DNA from: Orbicella franksi
Taxonomy: Eukaryota
Assembly: GCA_964199315.1 (NCBI GenBank)
Contig: OZ116698.1
Coordinates: 19,096,001 to 19,160,000, forward strand
Length of the DNA: 64,000 nucleotides
Direction of reading: 5' to 3'
The notes under the pieces were generated by a model. It was given only the letters and a program-made list of their open reading frames with translations. It was not told the DNA's origin and did not search any database. This document shows positions 1 through 12,600 of the stretch, one piece after another; positions within the stretch are counted from its first letter, which is position 1; each line of letters begins with the position of its first letter. Both the position numbers and the translations under genes were made by a program.

Positions 1-23
1 GTTACAACATCGTAGTGAAAAAT

Positions 24-275
24 AATTAACAATTAATCACCGAAGTGGAGGTAAATATCCATCACTTTCACCGACACTGAGGTGAATAATTGTTTTAGTA
101 TATACCACACAAGCTGAATAATTAGCGGACCAAAACTTTATTTTGTGTGACAAGCGGTCGGAAATTTTAAAATCTCTCGCGCCGGCTGCTCGGAGGTGGA
201 TAGTACTTGCTAATCACCTCCGAGTTAACCAATCAGAGTTCGCGAAAAGCACTATTCACTTGTGTGGCATATACT
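24..275. repeat. Interspersed repeat (TCACCGAAGTGGAGGTAAATATCC family); second copy ~58215..58436
   Basis: Shared blocks TCACCGAAGTGGAGGTAAATATCC, CCACACAAGCTGAATAATTAGCG, GCTCGGAGGT, GTTAACCAAT, AAAGCACTATTC in the same order at both loci. Confidence 0.85.
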
Positions 276-600
276 AATTACAGTTATACTCCGTTTTACG
301 GACTCCCGCTTGATTATTACGTGTGACACCTCCTTAAAACAGACGGTCCTTTTGGTCTCCACATAGCCATACATTTTCTTCCAAGGTAGTCACGGTTATC
401 ATCAATCGTTATTTGCCCTTTCGGTGCTCGTGTGAACAAGGATCGAAGGTGTACCTGAATCAATTAAGTTTTAATCAATTCATGATTTTGTTTCTGTAAA
501 CAGGTTTTTCAAGCTTTTCAAACGGTTGTAATCTGCACTCTGTATCGATTGGTTACCAGTAACTCTATATGTTCCCTAGATTATAACGGTCGCAAAAGAA

Positions 601-3600
601 TCAAATTATCGTCTCGTCGGGACCAAGTTCAGTCGCCAAATATAAAACAGGTGCTTCTCCTTCATCCCGGTCTCCTTGGTTATTCCTAGGCTGATCCCTC
701 GAGTAATTTTCACCTTTGCTTTGCTCGTCTGGGAAATCAAACTGGTCTGAAGCTCTTGCCTTGCTTGGACGGGATCGATTTGACTTCTCTGCCGTGTTTC
801 CATCATCAGAAACATCAACTCTTAGATTTACATCCCAGGCTTTCTGGTTATTCCTAGTGTGGCCATAGCTTTGATTCTCATATTCCACGCGTTCCTTTGC
901 GGAATCAAGATGGCCGGAATCCCTCGCCTCGCTTGATCGTGACCGATCTTTCTTCATTGCGGTGTCTCCCTTTCCAGAGTGGCTTCCGTCATCTTCTGCA
1001 TTATCAAAGGCAGCACCTCTTTTAGGTCCGTAATTTTCGAGCTTGGGATGTACGGAGTTCACATTACGGAACTGATCTCTTGATGAACGACTCCTTCGAG
1101 GATCTGTGTTGAGTAGACGTGACGGGTCAAGTTGAGCATATCCATCAAACTCATTGCCTTTGCTTGGTTGCTCGAGACTCATACCCAACGGAGCGTAGAA
1201 GTTGTTATTTCGTCCGTCGTCAACGGATGGGTCAAGGGTTGAGGCAGGGCCGAACATTTTACCTGGAGGCTTCGAATAGTGCGGTTCCTCACGTTTAAGG
1301 GCGTCTTTGTGGAATTCTCTCTTTTCCAAGCTTGAATAACCAGAATCGGGGTTTCTTTTGGGGGAAACGAGCCTAACTCGCTGTTCACCTGAGGGGGACT
1401 TCTTTCGCTTAGCTTTATCATGACGGTCTTTGCTGTTTGAAGAAAAGTTTATTTTTCCGTTTTTAGGTTTAGAATTGAATTCCTCGGGGAAAGCTTCGTA
1501 AGTAGCATTAAAAGCAGCAATTGGGTTTGAGCGTTTTCGGCCATGGTGTTTCGCAATATCATTGTGTATCTGAGTAGGGAGGCGTCCATTTGCGCGGTGC
1601 TTTCTTTCAAACGCCTGATCACTGGCTTGTCTCAAATGGGCTTCGCCATCGTGTTGGTGATCACGTGTTTCCCTCATCTTAGCCTCTAGCGATGGGGCTA
1701 TTTCAGCGTATAGAGGGTCCTTCTCGCGCCTGGAAGAAGATATTCTTTGACTTCGGTACCCTGTCTCTGAGGACATGACAGGTGATATTTCCTCGTAATC
1801 TGGTATGGTGAAGGGAGCCGCGTCTGAATCATCGTTATTGAAGTCACGGGGTTCGAAGCCCGGATTGTTGAATGAACATACCAATGTATCCCGAAGCGGT
1901 CGTCTTCGAGACCTTTAAAAAAAAAAAAATACAGGTGTAATTGGCTATGAAACGCTAACTCGTTGTCTGTTTGTTAACAGGCTATCTAGCTAAGAAAATT
2001 CCATTTATTGACAAATTGTGAAATGTATTAACAAAATCGACCAGCTCAATGCTACGAAATATCTACTGCCTTGATTTTAGCAAACTGGGCTCACGGTCTC
2101 TTCGGTAATGTCTGCGCGATTTCGCAAAATAATTGTCTTATAGCAGTTACGATTCAAGATTCGCGCGGAGATAATAACATATGGCATACCACAAGCCAGA
2201 AACATGCTCGATTTAAAAAAGAGACATTTTTATCAGTGAAATTCTGACGATGTGTGTAGAAATAGCCGCCTTTTCTATTACTCGCTGTTATAGCAGGGAG
2301 TTCGTTATGTCAGTTGCACTGCCCTACAACATTTGCGCTCACATAAGGAAAGCATTCGAAAAATGAACTGCTCAAATACGAAATAATGTTTGATGAAGTA
2401 GTTTGATAACAGTTAAAATTTTGACTGCTTACCTGTAAAACAAGAGAGCAACAACGATAATGATCATCAGGAGTATCAAAGTGCCGACGACAGTGCCAGC
2501 TACTCCAACAGAAGATAACTTCTCTTGCTGGCGACCTGCGGCTTGCGTCCTTTTCGCACTGGTATTATCATCATTGCCTTCTGAATCCGATACACATGGT
2601 GGATCTTTCTCTCCATTTATCAATTCTATAGAGGTATCACCCATGTACTCTGAAATCCGCTCCCACGTACTCACCACCATTCTGCAAAGAATGACAGCTG
2701 GGATGGTCTCCCGTTCAGCTATTGACTGTGGTTCATCTAAGGGTATGAGTACCGCCGCAACGACAGTAAACAATCCTGGTTTGTCGGCTTCAGAAGACCG
2801 ATTGACCACTAGGACGTCGTCTGGTCGAAAAGCAACATTAGCGATTACCTCCCTTCTGCGCAATGTGGTTCTATCTTCCGGGCTAAAAGATAAAGAATGA
2901 AATTCATTGTGATTTTTTCCTTGTTATCTGCAAGCCTCTCTGTTAGATAAAACTCAAAAACCAACACTTTGTGAAGCGGGGAAATACCTTGATTTTGAGT
3001 TGAGAGCTAAAAGGGTGATAGGAACAATCACAATATACCTGTGACGAAGATTGCAGGGGGATTTGTCCCTGCAGTACTCGGTGAAAGCCCTTGAAATGCT
3101 CTTCCGGAAGGTATCATCTTTCCACTTAAAGCAAATAGGCAGAGAAAATAAGGTCAAACTCAAAGCAAGGCTTATTTTAATCAATATGAGGTCATTTTTA
3201 CTAATGTCATGAAGTCATAATGGACTCACTTGGTCAACTGCCGTCTTGAATGCTATTTCCACAACATCGTTACCTGGCAACATAAAGGCAAAATTAAGGC
3301 TAAATGCTCGTGCAAGTTTGAGAGAATTTCAAATATTACTCATAGGGTAAGTCCCTAATTGCACTCGCATTCATGCGATTACCTAAACTAATGCATCGGT
3401 AAATAGCGCTAAATACGCACCCTACGACTCGGGTTTCCCAAATCTTATGATGTCAGTCTATTTCAGGGTCTCATTCAAGTCGTATACCAGCAATGGGCAA
3501 GGGATCAGGCAAGTCGATGCCAGCTAAATTATTAAAATAGCAAACTTAGACTCCCTAAGGTTAAGCAAAATTTGAGAGCTACTTGTCCCAAGGGCAAGCT

Positions 3601-6600
3601 AAAATTCATAAAGGACGAGTTTTTTCGAGCCCTGGACTTACTGTTTTGCATCGATCGTTGTTTGAATTACCAACAGCGTCACACCAGACAAATAAAGATA
3701 GTAGTAGAGAGGAATACAAAGTGGAAAATTACGAAGCATTCTGCACTGGGATTCTTTACACGTAACGACAGTAGATTCAATTTAAAAATCAACAAATTCA
3801 CATCTGTGCTTCTTACAGGCCATAATTGATACATACCTACAAGGAGTTGACAGCGTGACAACCCATACCTCATAGGGCATACACAACTGAATGCACCTTG
3901 TTTTCCTTTTATACAAGTGCCACCATTCTGACACGGATTTGAGATGCACGGATCTCTTGAGGATGGCGATGTCGCAGAGGAGGCCAATAATATATTTGAA
4001 GACACTGATGGCGATGGGGTCATTGTTGTCTCACTTAATGAAGTTGACTTTATGAAAGATGAATGTTTTGTTGACATATGTGACGAGGTAGGCTTTCCTT
4101 GTGAGTTCCTTCGTGTAGCAGCAATTGATGAAGACGAAACATGCAGTATTTGTGACCTCGAAAACAAAGGTACCCTGAATAAAGTGGTTGAGAGCGATGG
4201 TGCATGTGATAACGACCGCGAAGATGAAGATGAGGACGATGATGGGGGTGAGGATGAAGGTAAGGGTGACGGTTTTTGTGAGGGTGAAGATGAAGATGAA
4301 GGTGAAGGTGAAGGTGAAGGTGAGGGTGGCGGTGACGGTGGCGGTGACGGTGACAGTGACGGTGACGGCGAAGGAGAAGGAGAGGGTGAAGGTGAAGGTG
4401 AAGGAGAAGGTGAAGTTGGAGGTGGAGGTGGAGGTGAAGATGAGGATGAAGATGATGTTGAAGGTGATGGTGAGGGTGAAGGAGAAGGAGAAGAAGAAGG
4501 AGAAGGAGAAGATGAAGGTGAAGGTGAAGATGACGATGAGGATGAAGATGGTGGTGACTGTGATGACGACGGTGATGTTGAAGAAGAAGGAGAAGGAGAA
4601 GGTGACGGTGAAGGGGAAGGAGAAGGTGCAGGTGCAGGTGCAGGTGGAGGTGGAGGTGAAGATGAGGATGAAGACGATGGTGAAGGTGATGGTGACGGTG
4701 AAGGGGAAGGAGAAGAAGAAGAAGAAGAAGGTGAAGGTGACGGTGAAAATGAAGATGAAGGTGAAGGTGAAGGTGAGGGTGACGGAGAAGGTGAAGGAGA
4801 AGGAGAAGGAGAAGGAGAAGGAGAAGGTGATGGTGAAGGAGAAGGAGAAGGTGATGGTGATGGTGAAGGTGAAGGTGACGGTGACGGTGAAGGTGAAGGT
4901 GAAGGTGAGGGTGAGGGTGACGGAGAAGGTGAAGGAGAAGGAGAAGGAGAAGGTGATGGTGAAGGAGAAGGAGAAGGAGAAGGTGATGGTGAAGGTGAAG
5001 GCGATGGTGAAGGTGAAGGCGACGGTGAAGGTGAAGGTAATGGTGACGGAGAAGGTGAAGGAGAAGGTGACGGTGAAGATGAAGGTGAAGGTAACGGTAA
5101 AGGTGACGGTGACGGAGAAGGTGACGGTGAAGGTGAGGGTGAAGGTGAAGGTGAAGGTGAAAATGAAGGTGAAGGTGATAGATAAGATGAAACTGTTGAT
5201 GATGGGAAAACAGGTGTTGTTTTACAGGAAATGCCAACGGCAACATTAGCAGGACACGCACACTGGTAACCCCCAGGTTTTAAGAGACAGAGATGTGTAC
5301 ACCAACCGTTAAACAAGGTGCAAGGGTGATTGTCTGAAACGTGAAACAATGAAAGTTATAAGTTATGATTTACAAGGCACTGACCCATCTGACCCATTTC
5401 AAGCTATGTATTTGTCTTTTACAGAGGCTTTAGAAGGTCTGTCATAAAGCTAAATCTTCCGTCATCGCATCAGGTTAAATGCAATGCCCTTAAAATTCCG
5501 ACCGAACCCATTATAACTTGTAATTATTCCTTGAAATAGCTTGCTGGCGTTGGAAAGCAACTGTAACTTAATCTAATCATGATTAGTTTTCGTTTTGAAG
5601 CTCATTTATCTACATGCAATCTGTCATTGCAGACGTTTTCCAGAACTCGACCAGCACAAAACTAAGGCAAATACCCAAAGTAAAGGAATCAATAGTGAGA
5701 GAACATCTAAAGTGCATATTAAAACTGGTCTATTGACATACCAGGTATCCCGGTATAGTTATGGTAGACATGAACGTCTCGAGGTCTCGAGAAGCTTCCA
5801 GCGAGACGTTTCACGTTACTACCAGTCATCTTATCTGCCGAATAAACAGATCCAAAAGTACTCCAATACAACGTATTTTCTTTCAGTGTTAATCCGTAGG
5901 GCTGGAATAAATACGCACTTCCCACAGAGAGGGTAACCTTAGCACCATTTCCTTGTTGTAAGTCAGTGTACTGTATTACAGAGTTGCTCGTGTCAACCCA
6001 GTAAAGTCTCCTATTTTCGGGATCTAGTGCTAATCCATTTGGTTTCGACGATTGCCACCAGGCGCTGGAGAATTGTACTAGGGTTTTCCTCATGCTTCCG
6101 TCCATAGAGGCACGTTCAATAGTAGGTTGTGTATTACTCCAGGAGGACCAGTACATGATCCTTAAGAAAACATAAAAATTCCATTAAAATTACAAAAAAA
6201 AAAAAAACATCGTTGACTAGCTGTCGCCTGTGTGGAATAAAATGCAGATTTACAGGCAGCAAACCAGAATTAAAGAGCAATGCTGGCAAGAGTGTAAATA
6301 GAGTAAAAGAGCTAAAAACCGGCAATTGATAATTATGTCCAGCGACTTAAAGACTGGGTTAGGTGGGGCTGGACGAAAAAGTAATTGTTTCGAGGTTAAA
6401 ATGTACAGTGCTTGGAAGCGCATCGAGCGGCTTACAAAATGGCTTGAGCGGAATGTTTAGCTCTGTGACACAGTAGAGCCATTCAATAAGTGTTTTTTTT
6501 TACTAGACCACTGTTATCTGTTTAAATTTTGTTGAACAATCGAGGAAGTGTTTTGGTTTCTTACAGGTCATTTCTGCAGGTTCGGGAATGGACTAAAATT

Positions 6601-9600
6601 CAGTAGCTTGTAACGGAGACTATAGTGCTGGAAAATCTCATAAAAACAACCTCGCGTAATTTGCATTTGAAAATACTCCACCTCATTAGCCTGTATTGGC
6701 CTTTCGCAACAACATGCTGCATGGCAAAAGAATGCATCAGCCTACAAAGAAGCGACTTCAAACATTTAAGCTTCAGTTTTCTGTGTTTTACATACCCTAG
6801 TGCAGGCTTGTCATTCAATATGGTCGATTTTTTACTCATGATGGGCTACTGTTATTTAAATGCAATTCTTTCCGGGAATATTTAAATGTCATATTGCTAT
6901 GAACTGCTGACGTGCGTGGATGTCTGTCAGAATTTCATTTTGCAAACTCGAGGTATTGGCTCCTGTGTCCAGAACACGACCTGAGGAGCTCCCGCTCTCT
7001 ATATGTACTCATTGTTTATATATTCTTACCCGTTCTTCAAGTCCAACACAATATCCATAGGCTTCTGATTGTTCTGAGAGACTAGAACCTTCCTTTCTGA
7101 TCCATTGAGTTTTGACACTTCAATCCTATTGGCATCAAAGTCTGTCCAATACAGATTCCGTCCAACGTGATCCACTGCAAGTCCTTTAGGACTTTGCAGA
7201 CCGTTGTTGACAATAATCTTTTTTGCGCTACCATCAGGATGAGCACGTAATATCTGACGCAGCTGCAGCTCGGACCAGTAAATGAAGCGTTCCTGTGGGT
7301 CATAGTCCAGTGCTTCAGGTTCTGGCGTATTGCCTAATTTCACAGCAGTTGGTTGTGCTTGTGGGTTATCCAAATTAATCAGGAATATCTTCCGTCTACT
7401 TGAGTCGGCATACAACAAAAATTCGCTAAAATAACCTGCAATATAGAAGGAGACGACAATAACTTATCCAAACTATTATGGTTTTTATCACGACGAGGTT
7501 TTTTTGCTTTTGTCTATGTTGACAACCAAACGTTTACATGGTAAGCATAATTATGACTCATTTCACGTGGCCTGCAGTTGTTTCAATTTAAGTGTGGTAC
7601 CGGTGATTCTATCTATTTCGCGGTACACGCCAACCACAATTATTGCGCAGTAGAGCTCATTTGATCATTATGGGCTACAAAGTAACTATAGTAATGTTTA
7701 GGTTAGTTTCAGGCAAGACTGTTAAAAATTTCAATAAAAGCTTACAATTTTTCTTGTCAGTCTTCAATTTCATTTCATTAGGACATGCGCACTGATGTCC
7801 ACGCGGCGTCAGTAAACAAAGATGGCTGCAACCTCCGTTGTTTATCCCACATGAGGAATTTACTGCGAAAGAAAGGCATAATCGAAACGTGAATATTTAG
7901 GTGCAAGAATTAAACAAACAATAAAAACAAGAATAATCAAAGACATTTTTTAAAGAAGAAATAACGAAAGATTTCTTTTTTGTGGTGCAAAGTCTTACAA
8001 CACTCATTTAATTTCATCCATTTTTTTTTTTTTTTTTTCGCAATTTAGCCACACGTACCTGTTTGCACAGTGTCATTCGCGTCATATACGCAGACATCTT
8101 CTGGTCCACGCAAGTTATCAACAATTTTTTTATTATTTCCACCTGATACTCTATCAGCCCTGTAAACTGCCCCACTCTGTCCCTGCCCTTCTGTCCAGTA
8201 GATGTAATTTCCATGTAGTGCTACACCCTTTGGATATCTAAAGGAAGGTCTTGTCAAAAACGTGGATCGTGTATTAGTGCTGAGGGAAACAAAGCTGATT
8301 TCAGTGCTTAGTCCGACCACATAATAAAGACGATTGCGTTCTTTGTCCAAAGCGAGGCCATTTGGTGTTCCAAAATGGAAAAAGGTCAAAGTGATTATCA
8401 CTTTTCTATTTGTCCCGTCCATATCGGCTCGTTCTATCTTTGGGTTGTTGAGTCCACTCGCTCCTTCAGCCCAATACATGTACCTGCCAAGAAGGTGCTA
8501 AGTTGTAAAAATAATGCTTAAGAAATAGAAAACATGTACCGTGTTTCTGTTGGGTTTTAGTATAAATCTACAAAATGGGAATAAATCTTTGCGCAAGTTA
8601 AAATCATGACACATGCTGACATCTAACTGGCATCCACAAACTCTGAAACTGGAGCAAGCTAGACATCCATCTGTTTATTGAACAAGCTAATGAAATCCCG
8701 GCCTTCAATCAAATTCAAGGCTTAAAAAAATCAAGGTTTTTTGGAGAGCCGACAAATCATAGGTGTAAACAAGGTCAAACAAACGAAGCAAAGATGAATC
8801 CTGCATATATGGCTTTCTTTAACGAGGCGAGGAAGGCGAAGTGATAATACATAATACGCACGCACTGCTGGCATTTACAAAGAAGCAAAGCTCATAACAT
8901 AGACTTTTCTTTATATTTCCGTTCTGATCTCACATTTGGTGACGAAACATATTCTGTACAAGGAGAAACACCTTTTCTAGGTTTACGAGCGTTTTTGAAC
9001 CGATCAAGTGATTGTTGTGGGCGTAGGAATTTTTTTACGGTCAAAACTGAATAATTTGATCGTCTTAGATGCTCAAACCACAAAAACAACTTCTCCGATA
9101 ATCTGATAAGTAGGCTAATGCCGAGCTCAATCGCCTCAATCGCCCTTATCTTTCATTAGGTTCATGTACATTCCTGATTACCCCTAATGCCCACCGAAAC
9201 TTTTAGCAGCTTTTGGAATAATTACGCCAGACGAAAATTTTAGAGAACGAAGAAAACCGTCCGAAAATTATGGGACATGATAAAAGTGAGCACATCAATT
9301 CCGAAGATTAAAGAGAAACTTTATAGTTTTCCGAAAAAAATTGAAAAATCTAGAGCGTCGCTGGGAAACAAAATTCGAAATTTTTAGGTAATCTTCCATC
9401 CGAACAGATATTTTACCGAAATATTCCGTTGGGTGCCCCCGAGCAGTGTGCGCTTGTTAACAAAATAATGGCCGCTTCTTGAATTGGCGTTTTCGAAGTG
9501 TCTGTGAAGAGGATTTAGATAAAGTTCTGAACGACTAGTAGATTTATACTAAAACAATTAGATTATTCGCTCGCGATTTCTATGCGTGATAGTTGACTCG

Positions 9601-12600
9601 GGCAGCGCCCTCGTCAACTATCACGCAATAGAAATCTGTAGCTCATAATCTATTTGTTTAAAATATAAACACGAGTGGAAGGTTGGGAGAACGAGAAATG
9701 CTGTGGGAACACGAACCGACAGGCGAGTGTTTCCACAGCTTTTTTCGAGTTCTCCCAAACAGGAGACAAAACGAAACATCTCTAGAAGCACGAGGACTAT
9801 TGAAAGGTAACTGCTCAGTCAGAAAGAGATTAATTACATCTTTTTCAAATATTCAATATTCAGGATCATCGCAGTTTTACACACGACTTAAGCAGTTGTG
9901 AAATTAACGCCTGAAAATCCCGTTCAGGCCTGAATTTTTTTTCAGACTTTGATTTCACAACTGCTTAAGTTGTGTGTATTACTGCGATGATCATGTTTTC
10001 ATGTCTTTCTCCGCAGTACAGAAATAAATTATATGATCTCTCATATATGCACTTGTATTCAAGATTCAGTTTCCGAACCTATACCGTACATGCAGTGATC
10101 TCTCTGGGTTTGAGGCCCCATTAGGCAGGTCCTGGTATACCACCTCCCGTTAATTTTTGGCCTAAATGTCCTGTATCAACAATTCTCTCGGCTGCGTAGC
10201 AGGCTGGATTTTGAACTCGACTCATTAACAAACCTCTCGCAGCTTCGTCACTCGTGTTCGCGGCCACCGTCAAAAGAAAACCACTCGCGCGCGAACTCTC
10301 GTCAGCTGGGCAAAGGTAACAATTTTCATACTCGTTATCTCAGGATATCTGATCTAGAAAACCCGTATTCCATTAATTTTTTCCCCCCAAATATCCTGTA
10401 TCCCGTTAATTTTTTTAATAAATATCCCAAATCCCGAAAACCTGTAATATAATATAAGGCCTCAAGTTTGATTGATAATCGAAAGACATTAAATTCACAC
10501 TTACCCATTTTCCATGTCCAGGACAATATCAACAGGGTCATAAAGATTTTGATACACGAGCGTCTTCCTAAAGGAACCATCCAGTTTGGACACTCCTATT
10601 CTATTGCCTGTCCTGTCTGTCCAATATAGATTCCTTCCAACAGAGTCCACTGCAATTCCATCTGCTGTTCCCAGCTGATCCACTACCTGCTCCTGAGAGC
10701 TACCATTCAAATGCGCGCGAAATATTTCATCTCTGGAGCTATCAGACCAGTAGACGTACCCCTCGACGGGATCAAAGTCCACCCCTGCTGGTCTCCTGAC
10801 ATCATTGAGTGGAAGGGCTGTAGCGGTTGTTGAAACCGAGGAACCGGGTAACAGAGGGATTTGGAAGAGTTCTTGCTGCGTTCTATCGACAAGCAGCAGG
10901 CGCGCAGAGCTCCCTACAAAATGGAACGAAAATAATGTTAGCTAAATGATCGCTATTTTTCTGCTTTGCCGTTTCTACTTTAGATAGTTAATCAATTCAA
11001 GATTGTAGGAAAGGAAACAGGCAAATTCTATCCATTCAAGGTAGAAAAATAAATGCAAAAACTCAAAGTCCTCACAGAAGAAGTATCAATGGTAACTGCA
11101 CTCTATTTCTCCTCTTGAAATGAACTCTTGTTAGCAACTACATGCCCATTCATTATTATTATTACTGGCAGACAGCCGGTGAAAGTTCACTTAAGACTTT
11201 CCCTGCCGTGTACACCGTTGAAATTGTGAAAGATTTGGTTTTCTAGCTAGAATATTCCGAGTTTAGTAACCAAAAACAGTGTTTATCAATCATCTATACA
11301 GGTTTGCTTTCTTGAATGAGGAAGAATATTCGTGCCATGGTCTTATCTAACAATCTGCCTAATCATGCTTACTATTTTCATGCATTTGGTTGCGTTTTTT
11401 CCAATTGCTAAGAGATCGCAACGGAAAGTCGACTTTCTTAGGGGTCTTTCTCATTTTATCGTCGTTACAAAACCCAGTACCTTCATCATCACACGTCTTT
11501 CCATCAGACTTCAAAATCTCTCCTGGTGGGCACGCGCATTGGTTCCCTGCTGGTGATAACAGGCAGAAGTGGCTGCATCCGCCATTGTGGTGGCAAGCGG
11601 AGCTACCTAAAAATGTAAGTGGCACTTTTGAAAAGAGTGGAAGTCGGAGAAAATCTGGCCAATTATGCTGCCATGCAGGGAAAGAATAATTACCTATTTA
11701 AAAAGCTAACGCGATCAAGGTTGGCTGCCAAACTGTTTTAAGTCTTAGCAGCTGAATTTTATCACATTTAAAATAGGACCTTGTCCTTGGACATTATCTG
11801 TTCCTCAAAGCTCACAGTTTTCCTCGAGCAACGCTCTCGGGAAGCAGCTGTTCACTTTTCGGATCAGATAATGTCCACGTACAAATATTCTAGTATATTT
11901 TCTCGCCAAATGGAGGCTATTGGTTATATAGCTGCTGCAACTATTTCTGAACATGCTGATAGATACATACCTTTCGGTTGTCGCACAGGAGAAAACATGG
12001 CCAGCCTTAGAACGTTACTTCCTCCAAGCCCCGTGTAGCTTCCAAGGGATTGCTTCGTTGCTTTGTCGATCTTGTCGATACTTTGGCTGCTCGTGTCGCT
12101 GTAGTAAAACACTCCGCTGTACAAAACAATGTCGTAAGGTCGGATACTGAAAGGGAATGTCTTAAAACTCTGTCTGCTGTTTCCATTGAAGTCAACGCTT
12201 TCTATTCGTCTGGTCTGAGAATCAACCCAGTAAAGACGGTTTGCAGAAAAGTCGAGGGTTATTCCATTCGGTCTAGGTGGCCACCATAGGCTGGTAAAAC
12301 TGACCAAGGTTGTCTTACTGTCTCCAGATAGAGTGGCTCTCTCGATTCTCGCTCGAAGACCGCGGCTTATCCAAAACATGTACCTACAAAACCAAGAGAG
12401 TAGTTGAGAAAATAAATGCCCTTGGGATGTATGATTTACAAAATGATTGGCGATGATATTAAAGCATGGTCAAATTTCAGGCCGCTAGCCTTCACATTTT
12501 GCCATGAATCTAAAGTACAAGTCTAACATCTCCTGCCTCAAAAGCGTGAAATGTGGGAGGTACCATCTCTTTTATAGCAGAACGTCTAATGGCCCTCCCT

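Noticed and set aside
4215-5180. Horizontal transfer of the stalk from a plant or algal extensin
   Set aside because: Simple repeats converge easily and carry no phylogenetic signal; the flanks are ordinary animal EGF domains in the same exon.
3944-5261. Long ORFs on other frames over the stalk: 413-aa Gly/Glu/Asp-rich (looks like a coral acid-rich skeletal protein), 353-aa Val/Lys, 403-aa His/Leu
   Set aside because: These are the expected shadow frames of (TCACCT)n: GGT GAA, GTG AAG and CAC CTT contain no stops. Only the Ser-Pro frame has EGF domains and in-phase splice sites.
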